Shown: in pieces, positions 1-12,022 of the stretch
Position numbering within the stretch: the first letter of the stretch is position 1
How the letters are laid out: each line of letters opens with the position of its first letter
Assembly (NCBI RefSeq): GCF_044704955.1
Contig: NC_091990.1
Location: 7,626,001 to 7,690,000, forward strand
Direction of reading: 5' to 3'
DNA: 64,000 bases
Source of the DNA: Pristiophorus japonicus
Lineage: Eukaryota
The notes under the pieces: generated by a model
Databases searched by the model: none
What the model was told of the DNA's origin: nothing
The model's input: the letters and a program-made list of their open reading frames with translations, nothing else
Position numbers and translations under genes: made by a program

Positions 1-149
1 GAAAGATCACGTTCTAAATTAGGAAACGGGTGCCGGTTCATGCAAGATTTTAAGTTTGTGATTATTCAAATTAGTTTTAGCAGAAACTTGAACCATAACT
101 TCACTTTGGAAAACTAGCACAAGTTTGAGTACAATTTGCTCCACATATA

Positions 150-1660
150 AACAATAACTTGTATTTACACAGCGCCTTTGAAGTAGCAAAACGCCCCAAG
201 ACACTTCACAGGTATGTAATCATGCAATAAAAATTGGCCCTGAGCCAAAGAGATATTAGGACAGGTGACCAAAAGCTTGGTCAAAGAGGTAGGTTTTAAT
301 GAGCGTCTTGAAGGAGCAGAGAGCGAGCGAGCGAGAGAGTGAGAGAGAGAGAGAGAGAGAGAACGAGTGAGAGCGAGTGAGAGCGAGTGAGAGCGAGTGA
401 GAGCGAGTGAGAGCGAGTGAGAGCGAGTGAGAGCGAGTGAGAGCGAGTGAGAGCGAGTGAGAGCGAGTGAGAGCGAGTGAGAGCGAGTGAGAGCAAGATC
501 GATCATAGCGACTTGTATTAATATAGAGTCATGGGAGATAATTCCAGAGCTGAAGACTGAGACAGCTGAAGGCACGGCCACCAATGGAGCGGCGATAGAA
601 ACTGGGAATGAACAAGAGGCCAGAATGGTCATGTCTAATTTTTTTTGGGGGTGGGCAGCCCATTCAAATTTCCGCGGTTTTTCCATTGTAAAGCCAGCAA
701 GCGGTCTGCACGGGACAGCTTAATAGTCGCAGGGCTGGAAGCAGTTACAGAGACAGGGACAGACAACACCACGGGAGGATTTCAACACAGAGGTGAGAAT
801 TTAAAATTTGAGGCGTTACTAGGCCAGGAGCCAATGTGGGTCGGCGAGCACAGGGGTAATGGGTGAACGGGACTAGGTGCGAGTCAAAATACGGGCAGCA
901 AAGCTTGGAATAAGCTGACATTTACGAAGGGTGGAGATGGGAAGCTGGCCAGTCATTGGAATAGTCGAGTCTGGTGGTAACAAAAGCATGGATGAGGGTT
1001 TCAGCATCAGCTGGGCTGAGGCAGGGATGGAGACGGGTGATATAATGGAGGTGGAAGTAGGCGGTTATAGTGATGGAGAGGCTATGGGTCGGGAGCTCAG
1101 CTCAGGGTCAAATAGGGTGGCGAGGTCACAAAAAGTCTGGTTCAGACTGAGACAGAGGCCAGCGAGGGGGATGGAATTGATGGCTAATGAACGGAGACTG
1201 TAACAGTGTCAAAGACAATGACTTTGGTTTTCCCAATGTTTAACTGGAGGAACTTTATGCTCATCCAGTACCGAATGTTGGACAAGCTGCAATACCACAG
1301 AGGCAGTGGAGGGATCGAGGGATGAGGTGGCAATCAGATAGGCCTGGGTGTCGTCAGCACACACGTGGAACCTGATGTCGTCTTTCCAGATGATGTTGCC
1401 GAGGGGCAGCATGTAGTTGAGAAATAGGACAGGGCCAAGGGTAGATCCTTGGGGAATTTCAGAAATAGTGGGAGTGGCGAAGAGAAGCCTTTGCAGGAGA
1501 TTTTCTGGCAATGGCTGGATCGAGAAGAATGGAACTAGACAAGGGCAGCCCCACCCAGCTGGTCGTTGGAGGAGGATGGTGCTGGTGTGGTCACCTGTGT
1601 CAAAAGATGCAGCCAGGTTGAGAAGGATCGTGTACCACAGTCAGTCACAGAGGATGTCAG
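150..1660 (-). mobile_element. L2-clade LINE 3' fragment (degenerate RT and 3' tail)
   Basis: Minus ORF 1209-1511 has RT motifs IPQGSTLGPVLF...FHVCADDTQ. The tail (ACAACTTGTATTT... on +) recurs at about 1990, 4870, 5965 and 59720. Confidence 0.75.
318..495. repeat. (GA)n followed by (GAGCGAGTGA)n 10-mer tandem repeat
   Basis: About 13 perfect 10-mers at 361-495, directly visible. Confidence 0.95.
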
Positions 1661-1720
1661 GAAGTTAGGTATACAGTACTTCAAATTAGAAACAACTGCA
1701 AAGGTTGGAAATAGACTCAC

Positions 1721-1822
1721 TTCAAATGGATTTAGATTGATGTAGGTGGATCCCGGTCTCGTCAGTCTTTCAATTTGCTGTTTTGGGGTCAGAACAGAGT
1801 CCCTCTTTTCAATCTGCTTAAC
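1721..1822 (-). CDS. DNAJC8: DnaJ homolog subfamily C member 8, coding exon 2
   Basis: 102-nt phase-0 exon, tttcAG|...|GTgagt, encoding VKQIEKRDSVLTPKQQIERLTRPGSTYINLNPFE, the DNAJC8/SPF31 signature. Later exons lie left of the window. Confidence 0.95.
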
Positions 1823-1959
1823 CTGAAAGAACACAAAGGTTGCATTTACCAAGAATGATTCATTAAATTAACATTTACAAAGATATCTTTTATGGAAATG
1901 ACACAAGTCAAATTGACAATTCAGCAGAACACTAGTATTCCTGGCCAGCTTGGAAAATG

Positions 1960-2540
1960 TATGACTTGTATTTATATAGCGCCTTTAAACAACAACAACT
2001 TATATTTATATAGAGCCTTTAAAGTAATTCAATGTTCCAAGGCATTTCACGAGTGTTATCGAACAAAATTTGACACCGAGCCACACAAGGGGATAGGTTT
2101 TAAGGAGCTTCTTAAAAGGAAGAAAGAGAGGCGGAGAGGTTTAGGGAGGGAGTTCCAGAGCTTAGGGCCCAGGCAGCTGAAGGCACGGCTGCCAATGGTG
2201 GAGTGATTAAAATCGAGGATACTCAAGAGGCCAGAATTAGAGGACCACAGAGATCTTGGAGGGTTGTGTGGCTGGAAGAGCTTACAGAGATAGGGAGAGG
2301 CAAGGACTATGGAGGGATTTGAAAACAAGGACGAGAATTTTGAATTTGAGGCGTTGCTGAACCGGGAGCCAATGTAGGTCAGCGAGCACAGGGGTGATGG
2401 GTGAGCGGGACTTGGTGCGAGTTAGGACACGGGCTGCTGAGTTTTGGATCACCTCAATCAAGTTTACAAAGGGTAGAACATGAGAGGCCAGCCAGGATTG
2501 CGCTGGAATAGTCAAGCCTAGAAGTAACAACGGCATGGTA
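1960..2540 (-). mobile_element. L2-clade LINE 3' fragment
   Basis: Minus ORFs encode IQNSAARVLTRTKSRSPITPVLADLHWLPVQQR and GSRAFSCLGPKLWNSLP, typical L2 C-terminus. Confidence 0.8.
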
Positions 2541-3067
2541 CAAAATAGATTGCAGTGACATTAACAAGATATAAATAGTTTGAAATACTGTCGTGTCACA
2601 AAGCATTATACTTATTGTGCAAGGAAAACAAAGACAGAGAAGGGGAAAAAGCCTCTTCACACAAACAGCAAATAAAGTGCAACCTACGAGCGCAACATCC
2701 CAATACTGAGGCAGCAACAGAACATTGCAACAGACGAAGGGCCATCGACCTGAAATGCTAACTGTTTCTCTCCACAGATGCTGCCTGACCCGCTGAGATT
2801 TCCAGCATTTTCTGTCTTTATTTCAGATTCCAGCATCTGGCAGTATTTTGCTTTTGTACTGCAACAGACTGAATGGGCCAAGAACAAGTTTAAAATAGGT
2901 GAGATGATTACATTGTTGGGCCAGCCTGCTGAGATTCAGGAGGTGTCAAGAGCAAAGGCTAAAAAAAGAAATAATGTGCCCTTCATCAATCAGGAAGCTA
3001 ATTATTGTGCTGAGGGTCTTACTCACTTTATATTCTATATATGCATTCCAATATAAGATACATTCTA

Positions 3068-3358
3068 ACCTGTATAATAGATAAGGGGGAGCCAGTGGAT
3101 GTGGTATATTTGCATTTACAGAAGGCATTCGATAAGGTGCCACACAAGAGGTTATTGAACAAATTTAGGGCTCATGGGATTGGGAGTAATATACTGGCAT
3201 GGATTGAGGATTGGTTAACGGACAGAAAACAGAGTAGGAATAAACAGGTCAATTTCGGGCTAGCAGCCTGTAACTAGTGGGGTACCGCAAGGATCGGTGC
3301 TGGGGCCCTAGCTATTCACAAACTGTATCAATGATTTGGACGAGGGGACCAAATGTGA
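3068..3358 (+). mobile_element. CR1-clade LINE RT fragment
   Basis: Encodes GEPVDVVYL.LQKAFDKVPH, followed by a GVPQGSVLGP-type segment. Confidence 0.8.
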
Positions 3359-4864
3359 TACAGGTGCAGCGTCGAGAATCCGGCGTTCCGGAATGTTCCA
3401 GAATCCGGACCGATCAGTGGCAGGGTTGTCAGGAATCCAGATCCGACGACCTTGCCGACCTCAGGCCTCACTGCCCTTACCTCAGGGCCTCCTCTCCGGC
3501 CCGCCCGACAACATCCTCCTCGGCGTGGCCAGACGGCCCGAACAGCTCTTCGGCGGGAGCCGGAAGGAGCCGCACTGCCGCCATTCCAGTGTTTATTTTG
3601 TTTGTTGTCGCCGGACTTCCCAAAATGAGGAATAATGGAGCTGGATTCAGAGATTTCTGTTCAAACCGTTCATTTTAAATAAAATTCAAACTGAGAGTTT
3701 ATTTTTTAAAGTTGTTGTTTGTCCTTCGAGACAGTGGCTCTTAAACTGAAAAATCACCAGGGACATTAACCCAACCAAGTAACATGAATCAAACTATAGT
3801 AACATTTACAAAACAAAGTAAAATGAATCCAAGTACAGCAACATTAATGAAACTTTATTAGTGATGTGCTTCAGCACTTCAGATCCTCCGTCTGTTGTGG
3901 TGAACGTTACTTTTTTCTTCTGCACAGCAGTCACTCCGTTAACAAAAACCAGGGCTGGAGATAAACATGGGTATCATCCATGATGTCAGCATGCGTTAGG
4001 TGCCGAGCTTATATCCGTTGCAATGTGCGAGTACTCTCACCCTGATCTTCGCGAGGAAAGAAACGAAAGCTGTGCAATTTAGATTTTTTGGGATCTGCTT
4101 TGGGTCCGCCTGCAAGGACTGTATTCGATATAGTGCAGCAAAGATCAAGTCTCTCATTCAGAGTTAGGTATAGAGCATGGACAGCCAGCACTGAACACCA
4201 TATTCTAAAGTACCTGTTTGACTAAAATTGCACTGAGCAGTGTCTGCATTGAAGCAAATGTTGGAAGGGAGTGAAGGGTTATGGGGAGCGGGCAGGGGAA
4301 GTGGAGCTGAGCCCAAGATCAGATCGGCCATGATCTTATTAAATGGCGGAGCAGGCTCGAAGGGCCAAATGGCCGACTCCTGCTCCCATTATGTTCTTAT
4401 GAAACACACAGGTTAGTATCTGTAAAGAGCAGAAACACAACACCAACTATTGATAGCTCCAGTAAAATGATCATGGATTTAGTCCTAAGACACCAAGATC
4501 ATTTGACTGATGCCAATCGGCATTGTGCACGTATTTCAGATTCCGACAGGGAACAGCTGCAGACAAGAGCCAGTCAAAATCTAAATCTGAGTCAACAAAC
4601 ACGCAATGCTACTTCGAAACAGTGGGCAGAGACACCACCGCTAACATTTGCCAAGCCTCTTGTCCAGTCAAAGCACCATTATGAGCTACCCAATATTCCA
4701 ACAGACACTGAACACCTAGCTGGTTCAGAACAGAGTTGGTGCAAGATTGACCTAGTTATGACATTTAACAACTGCCTCACTTAGAATATCTGAAATACTG
4801 TCTCGGGTAAGGGGTTTACAAACATAAGCTACAATGCTCACACAGTGAAACACAATCCAACCAA

Positions 4865-5420
4865 ATAACAACTTGTATTTATATAGCGCCCATTTAAAAC
4901 TGAGATAAGGAGGAATTTCTTCTCTCAGAGGATTGTAAATCTGTGGAATTCGCTGCCTCGGAGAGCTGTGGAAGCTGGGACAGTGAACAAATTTAAAAGA
5001 CAGAGATAGACAGTTTCTTAACCGATAAAGGAATAAGGGGAGCAGGCAGGGAAGGAAACCTGAGTCCATGATCGGATCAGCCATGATCGTATTAAATGGC
5101 GGAGCAGGCTTGAGGGCCGTATGGCCTACTCCTGCTCCTATTTCTTACGTTCTTATTAACGTAATGAAATATCCCAAGGCGCTTCACAGGAGTATTAGGA
5201 GATTAAAAAATGACACCGAGCTGCACAAGGAGAAATTACGCCAAAGAGGTAGGTTTTAAGGAACATCTTGAAGGAGGAAAGTGAGGTAGAGAGGTGGAGA
5301 GGTTTAGGAAGGGAGTTCCAGAGCTTGGGGCCCAGGCAACAGAAGGCACGGCCACCAATGGTTGAGCGATTATAATCAGGGATGCTCAAGAGAGCAGAAT
5401 TAGAGCAGAAATTAGGGCAG
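4865..5420. mobile_element. L2 3' end (minus) interrupted by a CR1 3' end (plus, about 4888-5155)
   Basis: L2 tail TTGTATTTATATAGCGCC is split by a CR1 3' segment ending CCTACTCCTGCTCCTATTTCTTACGTTCTTA. Confidence 0.7.
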
Positions 5421-5964
5421 AAATACCCTGCAGATCAAACTCTAAATTAACAGATTGGGAGACAGATCTCCCACCTGTCCGGTCAATGCAACAATCTGTC
5501 TTCCACTCACTAAACCCTGTTTGACCTGAAAGTTGGGGTTCCTTCAATAGCTCGGTATCAGCCAACAAAAGATCAACAGGCCGTCAGCGGGTGTCAATCA
5601 CAACATAACCAAAGTGCTGCTCCATTTCTGAAGTTGCATGTTCAGCCATGAACTCATTGAATGGCGGTGCAGGCTCGAAGGGCCAAATGGCCTACTCCTG
5701 CACTTATTTTCTATGTTTCTATTTCACAGATGTGCAACTGAAGTGTTTTTAAATTAATTTAATGATGGGATGAGAACAGATGTACGTTGATCCAGCCACT
5801 TATCGGCCAGATCTGACACATATGAAATCAATAACATTCTAATGCAACAATTTGATTACTGGACTCAACAACTTGACTCACAACAGCACTCTCTTCTTCG
5901 AGTCAGAATGTTCTGGATTCAAACCCTACTCCAGGAATTGGCCACATGATCTAGCGGACATTCC

Positions 5965-6310
5965 AACAACAACTTGTATTTATATAGCACCTTTAATGTA
6001 GCAAAATGTCCCAAGGCGCTCCACAGGAGTATTATGCGTTAAAAATTTGACACTGAGCCGCATACAAGTAGAAATTAGGGCAGGTGACCAAAAGCTTGGT
6101 CAAAGAGGTAGGTTTTAAGGAGCGTCCTGAAGGAGGAAAGAGAGGTAGAGAGGTGGAGAGGTTTAGGCAGGGAGTTCCAGAGCTTGGGGCCCAGGCAACA
6201 GAAGGCACGGCCACCGATGGTTGAGCGATTATAATCGGGGATGCGCAGGAGGGTAGACATCTCGGGGGTGGGGTGGGGTGGGGGAGGAGATTACAGAGAT
6301 AGGGAGTATT
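5965..6310 (-). mobile_element. L2 3' fragment
   Basis: Encodes GGRAFCCLGPKLWNSLP and has the same tail as the other L2 copies. Confidence 0.75.
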
Positions 6311-7374
6311 GAAGGAGTACGGCAATGTCGGAGGTGGCATCCTGGAGATTAGATGGTAAACCAAGGCTCCATCTACCCATTCAGGGGGGAAGGTACCAGT
6401 GCACTCTTCAAAAAGGAGCAGAGCAGTTTGCCACAGTCCTGAGTCACCATCCACAGCTCAAACCACCAACAAAAGAACGAGTCATTCATTTAACAGACTG
6501 TTTATAAAGTGGCTGCTGCATTTGCCTCCACAGGAGTCAAATCGCCGGCAGTTCAAGAGTAAGTCATTGATGGTGAATGTGGCGAAGTGTGACATAAATA
6601 CAAGTTTTTATTATCGTGGGTGGGTGCATGGGGAGCTGAGCGAGTGCACATGGATCAGCCATTGCACCATCAGCTGTGTCGGCAGCAATCGTGCCTGAAG
6701 TCAGAGTTGCCATTTATAAAACTGACCAGAGGAGCTCCCAGAGAACCGAGACTGGTCAGATAACACACTACTGGAGCTGTTCCAGTTTTGAAAAAAGAAA
6801 TTGCTTTGTCACAAAGTTATGATTCAGAAGGATTCAAATCCCACGCCAGGATATAATGCAGCAGCCATACCAATCCAAGATTGAGGGAGGACCACATTGT
6901 CAACACTCCTTTCAAAAGCACCCCTCTTCATTCAATCTTACTCACTGCACACATACGGGAAACACATGAGAGACAGTGTAATTATTTTTAATTGGTGTTA
7001 AATGTCATTTAGCATTTGTCTTCCCAACTGTATGGCCAATCCAAGCCCCTCTGTAAATCCATTGCTGCCTCAGATTCCACTGCTCCTGGTTTGCATCATT
7101 GACACATCTGGCAAGCCGGAGTTTTCCTTTGATAACCATGCTGATAGATACAGTGGAACAAGCACTAACTGCCCGCACCCCTTCCCTAGAGAGCTCTGTT
7201 CAACATCTTCAACCAGTTTGCCTCTCGTGTGATGCTTGGAGATCATGGCCTTCAAAAACTCTGCCACCCACAAGGACAGGCCTGTAACGAGTAGTTCAAC
7301 CATTGCCGTATTATAGACCAACCGTTCTCTTCAAGCACAATGCGAATTTGAAAGAACATTTAAAAATATTCAAT

Positions 7375-8400
7375 ACTCATCTTCCTAGGTGGTCCCTCGA
7401 ACGAGGATGACTTGCTTCCACACGAGTTCACAGATGTTTCAATGAAGGACCCGATATTCCAGTCCTGAACTCCAATTGAAGGGTGGAAGGTGCCTGTGCG
7501 TGGATTTTTTTTAACGTGTGGTGACCGTTGCACACCAGCCACCACACGGGCTTAACCAGGATGACTGGAGACCAGCTTTGCTGCACGGACCGAGTGCGCA
7601 GACATATCGCAGTGTGGGCTGGCCCGTGCTGCCCCTGGGCCCTCGACTCTTCTGGGCCCTGTATCCTCATTTGCCACACCTCCACCACGATCTCTCACCG
7701 CTTCTCCGTCACAAAACACTCGCCGCCTCGATCTCTTGCCGCCGCCCCCCCCCCCCCCGGCCACGATCTCTCGCCGCCCCCCCCCCCCCCCGGCCACGAT
7801 CTCTCGCCGCCCCCCCCCCCCGCCACGATCTCTCGCCGCCCCCCCCCCCCCCCGCCACGATCTCTCGCCGCCGTCCCCCCCACCGCCGCCACGATCACCC
7901 GCCGAATCTCAGCCACAATCCCTCAACGCTCCTCTGCCTCGATCACTCGCCACACCTCCGCCACGAACTTCCCGCTCCTCTGCTGTACCTGGGCCCCGCC
8001 AATGTTCCTGCCCACGCTCCAAACAGCGACCTGGGTCCTGATGACATCACCCAGTCACCCACCTCGAAGCCGTCGCACACTTGGAGCAGCTCGCGCTGGA
8101 AGTTGTAGTGATATTCTGTGGTTACATCCGAGGCAGGGTGTCCCTGAAGATGGAGCACACTGTGTCCACCGGTACGCTCGCGGCCTTCCACGAGAGGTGG
8201 GCGCCGGAGGGACTAGAGTGCATCATCACCCCCGGCAACCAAATTTAATTTGAATCACATAATGTCTAAAGTTTAATTTGTTTATTTGTCGGTTTAGTGC
8301 CCCTTTAATAAGGGGGCACTTGTATTACACTGGATTTACAGGTACAACTCAATAGATGTCGTGGTATTCCGCTCCAGCTCTCTTTATAGCCCCGACCCGT
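7375..8400 (-). mobile_element. RTE-related non-autonomous retroelement with internal GC-rich tandem expansion (7730-7890)
   Basis: 3' end resembles the RTE LINE tail (GGAAGCAAGTC.TCCTCG...GAGGGAC..CCTATGATG). Paralogous copies at about 24280, 38685, 48995, 54627 and 57855. Confidence 0.6.
8123..8355 (+). mobile_element. Short, older Tx1-clade 3' fragment nested in the RTE-related element
   Basis: Matches the Tx1 ORF2 end (...ECIITPGNQI) and carries the 3' UTR hairpin. Flanks TGTAGTGATATTC / TGTCGTGGTATTC look like a decayed TSD. Confidence 0.75.
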
Positions 8401-8721
8401 GGATTCAATACTATTCTCACCCAATAACCTGTACTTTTCCCAGCAGATATCACTTGACAGTGATCAGGAGAGGCAACCCTTGCTGATTCCTCCCCTCCCT
8501 AGCCGGGGACATAGAGGCAAGCTTCACTGCCCCAACTGGGATCTGCAGAAGCCCCAGGCATTAATCCCAAAACTAGCCCAGCACCACACCAGAAAGTGTA
8601 TTTACACACCAAGCTTTCAAATGCTTTCTCGAGGCACTGTATAAAAGAGCCAGACATGAGAAATTAAGATTAGTTGCTTATCTCTTGACCCGAGTGCTTA
8701 CTACATTCTAAATTTAGTCTT

Positions 8722-9341
8722 AGCTGTGGCTCAATGAGTCACCTCTGGATCAGAAGGTTGTGGGTTCAAGTCCCACTCCAGAGACTGCAGCATAAAAATC
8801 TAGGCTGACACTCCAGTGCAATGCTGAGGGAGCGCCGCGCCGTCGGAGGGGCCAGTACTGAGGGAGCGTCGCGTTGTCGGAGGGTCCAGTACTGAGGGAG
8901 CGTCGCGTCGTCGGAGGGTCCAGTACTGAGGGAGCGCCGCGTTGTCGGAGGGGCCAGTACTGAGGGAGCGCCGCACTGTCGGAGGGGCTAATACTGAGGG
9001 AGCGCCGCACTGTCGGAGGTGCCGTCTTTCGGATGAGACATTAAACCGAGGCCCCATCTGCTCTCTCAGGTGGACGTAAAAGATCCCATGGCACTGTTTC
9101 GAAGAGGAGCTTGGGAGTTCTCCCTGGTGTTCCGGGGTCAATATTTATCGCTCAGTTAATATCAATAGATGTTATCTGGTTATCACATTGCTGTTTGAGA
9201 GAGCTTGCTGTGCGCAACTTGGCTGCCTCGTTTCCCACATTACAACAGTGATTGCACTTCAAAAAGTACTTCATTGGCGGTAAAGCGCTTTGAGAAGTCC
9301 TGAGCTTGTTAAAGGCGCTATATAAATGCAAGTCTTTCTTT
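8722..9341 (+). mobile_element. tRNA-headed Deu-domain SINE (SacSINE1/AmnSINE1-like) with six 34-nt internal repeats
   Basis: B-box GGTTCAAGTCC, Deu-like core GGACGTAAAAGATCCCATGGCACT...GGTGTTCC, and L2-like tail AAAGGCGCTATATAAATGCAAGT. Confidence 0.75.
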
Positions 9342-9479
9342 ATAAACCATATACATTACATAAAATATTACTCAAAATATGTTATCGGTTTGCATTTAAC
9401 AGGACATCTGGAAAAATGCAATTATTGGGCGAGGAAACACACTGAGGAAGGGCTGGGAGCTTCCACCGCAGACAGACTG

Positions 9480-9822
9480 GACAGGCAGACCCCCGGACAT
9501 AGACCCACACAGAGACCTCCTCCCCACCCACACTCACACACACACACACAGACCCCCACAGACACAGACAGACCCACACACACCCCACCACTCACACACA
9601 CATAGACCCAGACCCACACACATGCACAGACCCACACTCAGTCAGACCCACACACCCCCCACCACACACAGACCCCCCCCCACACACAACCCCCCCTACA
9701 CACACACACAGACACAACCCCCCCTACACACACACAACCCCCCCACACACACACACAGACACAACCCCCACACACACACATAGACCCACCCCCCCCACAC
9801 ACACACACACACACACACACAC
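9480..9822. repeat. CA/C-rich low-complexity tract in DNAJC8 intron 1
   Basis: Imperfect (CA)n with C runs. Confidence 0.9.
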
Positions 9823-9952
9823 TCGGGCGCCCCTCAGTCCCAGGCCTAGGCCTCAGGCTGCTCGGGCCTTTCCTGGGGAATCGCCCGTCACACCGCGCGG
9901 GACGGCGGGGCCTTGCTGGAGCCGCTCCCCCGCTCCCCGCGGCCGCCCTTAC

Positions 9953-10039
9953 CTCGGTCAGGAAGAGTTTGAAAGCCTCCTCGCCGCCCGTCTCAGTGCC
10001 GGGGGCCGGGCCGCCCGCCGCTCCGCTCTCCGCCGCCAT
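9953..10039 (-). CDS. DNAJC8: DNAJC8 coding exon 1
   Basis: ATG in AAGATGGCG context, encodes MAAESG...EEAFKLFLTE, donor |GTAAG, joins exon 2 in frame (phase 0). Lies in a CpG-rich segment. Confidence 0.92.
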
Positions 10040-10075
10040 CTTCCCGCGCCACGTGACCCGCCCTCCCGCCGGGTG
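10034..10075 (-). promoter_or_regulatory. DNAJC8 proximal promoter motifs (YY1-like, E-box)
   Basis: CGCCATCTT at 10034-10042 and CACGTG at 10050-10055 in GC-rich context. Motif matches only. Confidence 0.5.
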
Positions 10076-10097
10076 ATGGACAGGAGCCGGCCCCGCG

Positions 10098-10911
10098 CTG
10101 CTCAACACAACCTGCAGCTCACTGCTTCCTGCAACTTGCTCAATGCAACTTGTTCAATGCAACCTGCAGCTCACTGCTTCCTGCTCCCTGCAACTTGCCC
10201 AATGCAACTTGTTCAATGCAACCTGCTCAACACAACCTGCAGCTCACTGCTTCCTGCAACTTGCCCAATGCAACTTGTTCAATGCAACCTGCTCAACACA
10301 ACCTGCAGCTCACTGCTCCCTGCAACTTGCTCAATGCAACTTGTTCAATGCAATCTGCTCAACACAACCTGCAGCTCACTGCTCCCTGCAACTTGCCCAA
10401 TGCAACTTGTTCAATGCAACCTGCTCAACACAACCTGCAGCTCACTGCTTCCTGCAACTTGCCCAATGCAACTTGTCCAATGCAACCTGCTCAACACAAC
10501 CTGCAGCTCACTGCTTCCTGCTCCCTGCAACTTGCCCAATGCAACTTGTTCAATGCAACCTGCTCAACACAACCTGCAGCTCACTGCTTCCTGCAACTTG
10601 CCCAATGCAACTTGTCCAATGCAACCTGCTCAACACAGCCTGCAGCTCACTGCTTCCTGCTCCCTGCAACTTGCCCAATGCAACCTGCTCAACACAACCT
10701 GCAGCTCACTGCTTCCTGCTCCCTGCAACTTGCCCAATGCAACTTGTTCAATGCAACCTGCTCAACACAACCTGCAGCTCACTGCTTCCTGCTCCCTGCA
10801 GCTTGCTCAATGCAACCTATCCAATGCTCCCTGTTCAATGCAACCGGCAACTTGTTCAATGCAACCTGCAGCTCACTGCTCAATGCAACCTGCAAATCGC
10901 TGCTCAATACA
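10098..10911. repeat. Higher-order minisatellite (about 66-nt unit built from 7/14-nt subunits)
   Basis: TGCCCAATGCAACT-TGTTCAATGCAACC-TGCTCAACACAACC-TGCAGCTCAC-TGCTTCC-TGCAACT repeated with variants. Confidence 0.95.
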
Positions 10912-11198
10912 ACTCTTTTGGGGGGGGGCTACAAAATAAACATTAGATCGAGTCCCCCCCCCCCCCCCCGATCTGGGGGACATTCCAGACACTTATAACT
11001 GCCCTCTTTTTTTTCCTTTTGTGATTTTTTGGGGGGCATTAAAATCATATAATTTACAAGTGCCCCTATAAAAGGGGAGGGGGACACTAAAATCCCCGGC
11101 AATTAAAACAAATTAAACTTTAAAACATAAAATCAAATTAAAATTTGGTTGCCGGGGGTGATGATGCACTCCAGTCCCTCCGGCGCCCACCTCTCGCG
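10912..11198 (-). mobile_element. 5'-truncated Tx1-clade copy with about 14-bp TSD
   Basis: Tx1 ORF2 end and 3' UTR. CGCTGCTCAATACA at 10898-10911 and 11197-11210. Confidence 0.9.
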
Positions 11199-11547
11199 CT
11201 GCTCAATACAACCTGCTGCACCCGAATGCATCCTGCACCTCAATGCCCTCTGCTCTGCTCAGCTCTCCTTGCAAGCAAAGACAACATGCTGCCTGACCCG
11301 CTGAGCATTTCCAGCAGTTTCTGTTTTTATTTCAGAATTCTTAAAATGCATTCAGGATAGCTTTTTTTTTACTTAGTCTGTAGCAAGCCCAACAAGAGCA
11401 GGTAGCAGGGTGGGGGTGGTTCTGGACTGAGTTTTAGGGAATGAAGTTGGGCAGGTAGAAGGGGTATCAGTGGGAGAGCATTTTGGAGGTAGTGATCATA
11501 ATTCAGTTGGAATCCAGAGGCCTGGACTAACGATCCGAAGACGTGAA

Positions 11548-12022
11548 ACTCTTTTAGAGTCTACCTGCAAAACATAAACATTAAACTGTGCCACCCGACC
11601 TGGGTGACACACCAGACATTTACAAGGCCCTTTTTTTCCTTTTTTTGGTTTTTTTTTTGTGTTTTTCTTTTTTTTTTTGGGCACTAAAATCACAATTTTT
11701 CCCCAGTGCCCCCTATAAAAGGGAAGGGGACACTAAAAGCACCGGCAATTAAAACAAATTAAACTTTAAAACGTAAAATCAAATTAAAATTTGGTTGCCG
11801 GGCGTGATGATGCACTCCAGTCCCTCCGGTGCCCACCTCTCGCGGAAGGCCGCGAGCGTACCGGTGGACACCGCGTGCTCCATCTCCAAGGACACCCTGG
11901 ACCGGATGTAAGAGCGGAAGAGAGGCAGGCAGTCAGGTTGAACGACCCCCTCGACCGCCCGCTGCCTGGACCGGCTGATGGCACCCTTGGCCGTGCCCAG
12001 GAGCAGTCCTACGAGGAGACCT
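11548..12022 (-). mobile_element. 5'-truncated Tx1-clade copy inserted in a SINE-like repeat
   Basis: Near-identical to the 3' end of the full-length copy. Perfect TSD TCCGAAGACGTGAA at 11534-11547 and 12023-12036. Confidence 0.93.

Noticed and set aside
165-686. 173-aa ORF with LALTRSHSLS repeats
   Set aside because: Translation of the 10-mer tandem repeat inside an L2 remnant.
8818-9020. CRISPR-like periodic 33-34 nt repeats (also 50200-50462, 39470-39815)
   Set aside because: Contiguous tandem units without unique spacers, no cas genes, eukaryotic context.
10073-10998. Three overlapping 267-288 aa Cys/Gln-rich ORFs
   Set aside because: The minisatellite has no stop codons in any plus frame, so these are repeat artefacts.
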